Source: an uncultured virus (IMG/VR IMGVR_UViG_2061766007_000806)
Lineage: Duplodnaviria > Heunggongvirae > Uroviricota > Caudoviricetes
Strand: one strand, 5' to 3'
DNA length: 56,460 nt
IMG/VR virus record: IMGVR_UViG_2061766007_000806
Below the pieces are notes generated by a model. That model was given only the letters and a program-made list of their open reading frames with translations. It was not told the origin of the DNA and did no database searches. Each line of letters starts with the position of its first letter. Position 1 is the stretch's first letter. The position numbers were made by a program, and so were the translations under genes. Positions 56,159-56,460 of the stretch are shown piece by piece.

Positions 56159-56460
56159 ATGGAAATTTTAGACACAGGACACAGAAAAGAATTTGAGAGT
56201 GGCGCTGTACGGGATTGCGCCGAGGGACGTGGAAGATGTGATTTGCTTCCACTTGACGTGCTTGCGATGTGTTTTAATCAGCAAATCGTGGATACTAATC
56301 CTAACAAGGCTAAGGCTGTCGTGGGGGACGTAATCTGTAATGAGCTTAATCATATTGTGCATGACCCCGACACTAATTATGTTCAGCGAATCAACAGATG
56401 TATCAATGCGTTCATATCCCGTGAATATGCCGATAACTTCGGAGAGGCATTCATGGAGCT
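56159..56460 (+). CDS. DUF5664-like diphosphohydrolase, N-terminal part (runs off window)
   Basis: Manual translation MEILDTGHRKEFESGAVRD..EGRGRCDLLP...; overlaps in sequence with 52917-53101 in opposite orientation. Confidence 0.75.
   Translation, partial: MEILDTGHRKEFESGAVRDCAEGRGRCDLLPLDVLAMCFNQQIVDTNPNKAKAVVGDVICNELNHIVHDPDTNYVQRINRCINAFISREYADNFGEAFME

Noticed and set aside
1..56460. Integrase, att site or lysis cassette
   Set aside because: None recognised; the window is a partial genome, so lifestyle cannot be assigned

Overview
A large part of a tailed-phage genome (siphovirus-like, A118/PBSX-type head module, Firmicutes-type sigma-A promoters), assembled as a gappy metagenomic scaffold. 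Many N-gaps and near-identical duplicated or misplaced contigs come from co-assembled strain variants. Almost all genes are on the - strand. Reading from high to low coordinates: early/accessory genes; SNF2 helicase; a self-contained replication module (initiator with internal iterons, DnaC-like loader, DnaB-like helicase, primase, SSB, family A polymerase, beta clamp, full tau/delta/delta' clamp loader, RecA, RecU, Cas4-like nuclease); modification enzymes (Mom-like acetyltransferase, N4/N6 methyltransferase, stand-alone QueC-like enzyme); a packaging region stuffed with toxin-like effectors (ADP-ribosyltransferases, HEXXH metallopeptidases, zeta-like kinase) and three glycosyltransferases; then terminase, portal, scaffold, capsid, neck, tail and the start of the tape measure gene. 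The most striking signal is polA. It is split in two by a free-standing HNH endonuclease gene, and the second half has an in-frame UAA inside catalytic motif A, in the loop of a perfect 9-bp hairpin and between two Ser codons. This parallels the T4 gene 39-mobA-gene 60 ribosomal bypass cassette. Other highlights: effectors sharing MG[S/A]xG or WITINGKHVP N-termini, most MG-tagged ones followed by a tiny Lys-rich gene; a genome-wide AACAT-N8-ATGTT operator; a D-armless tRNA-like RNA; structured leaders before the initiator and scaffold genes. All product calls come from motif recognition by eye, not database searches.
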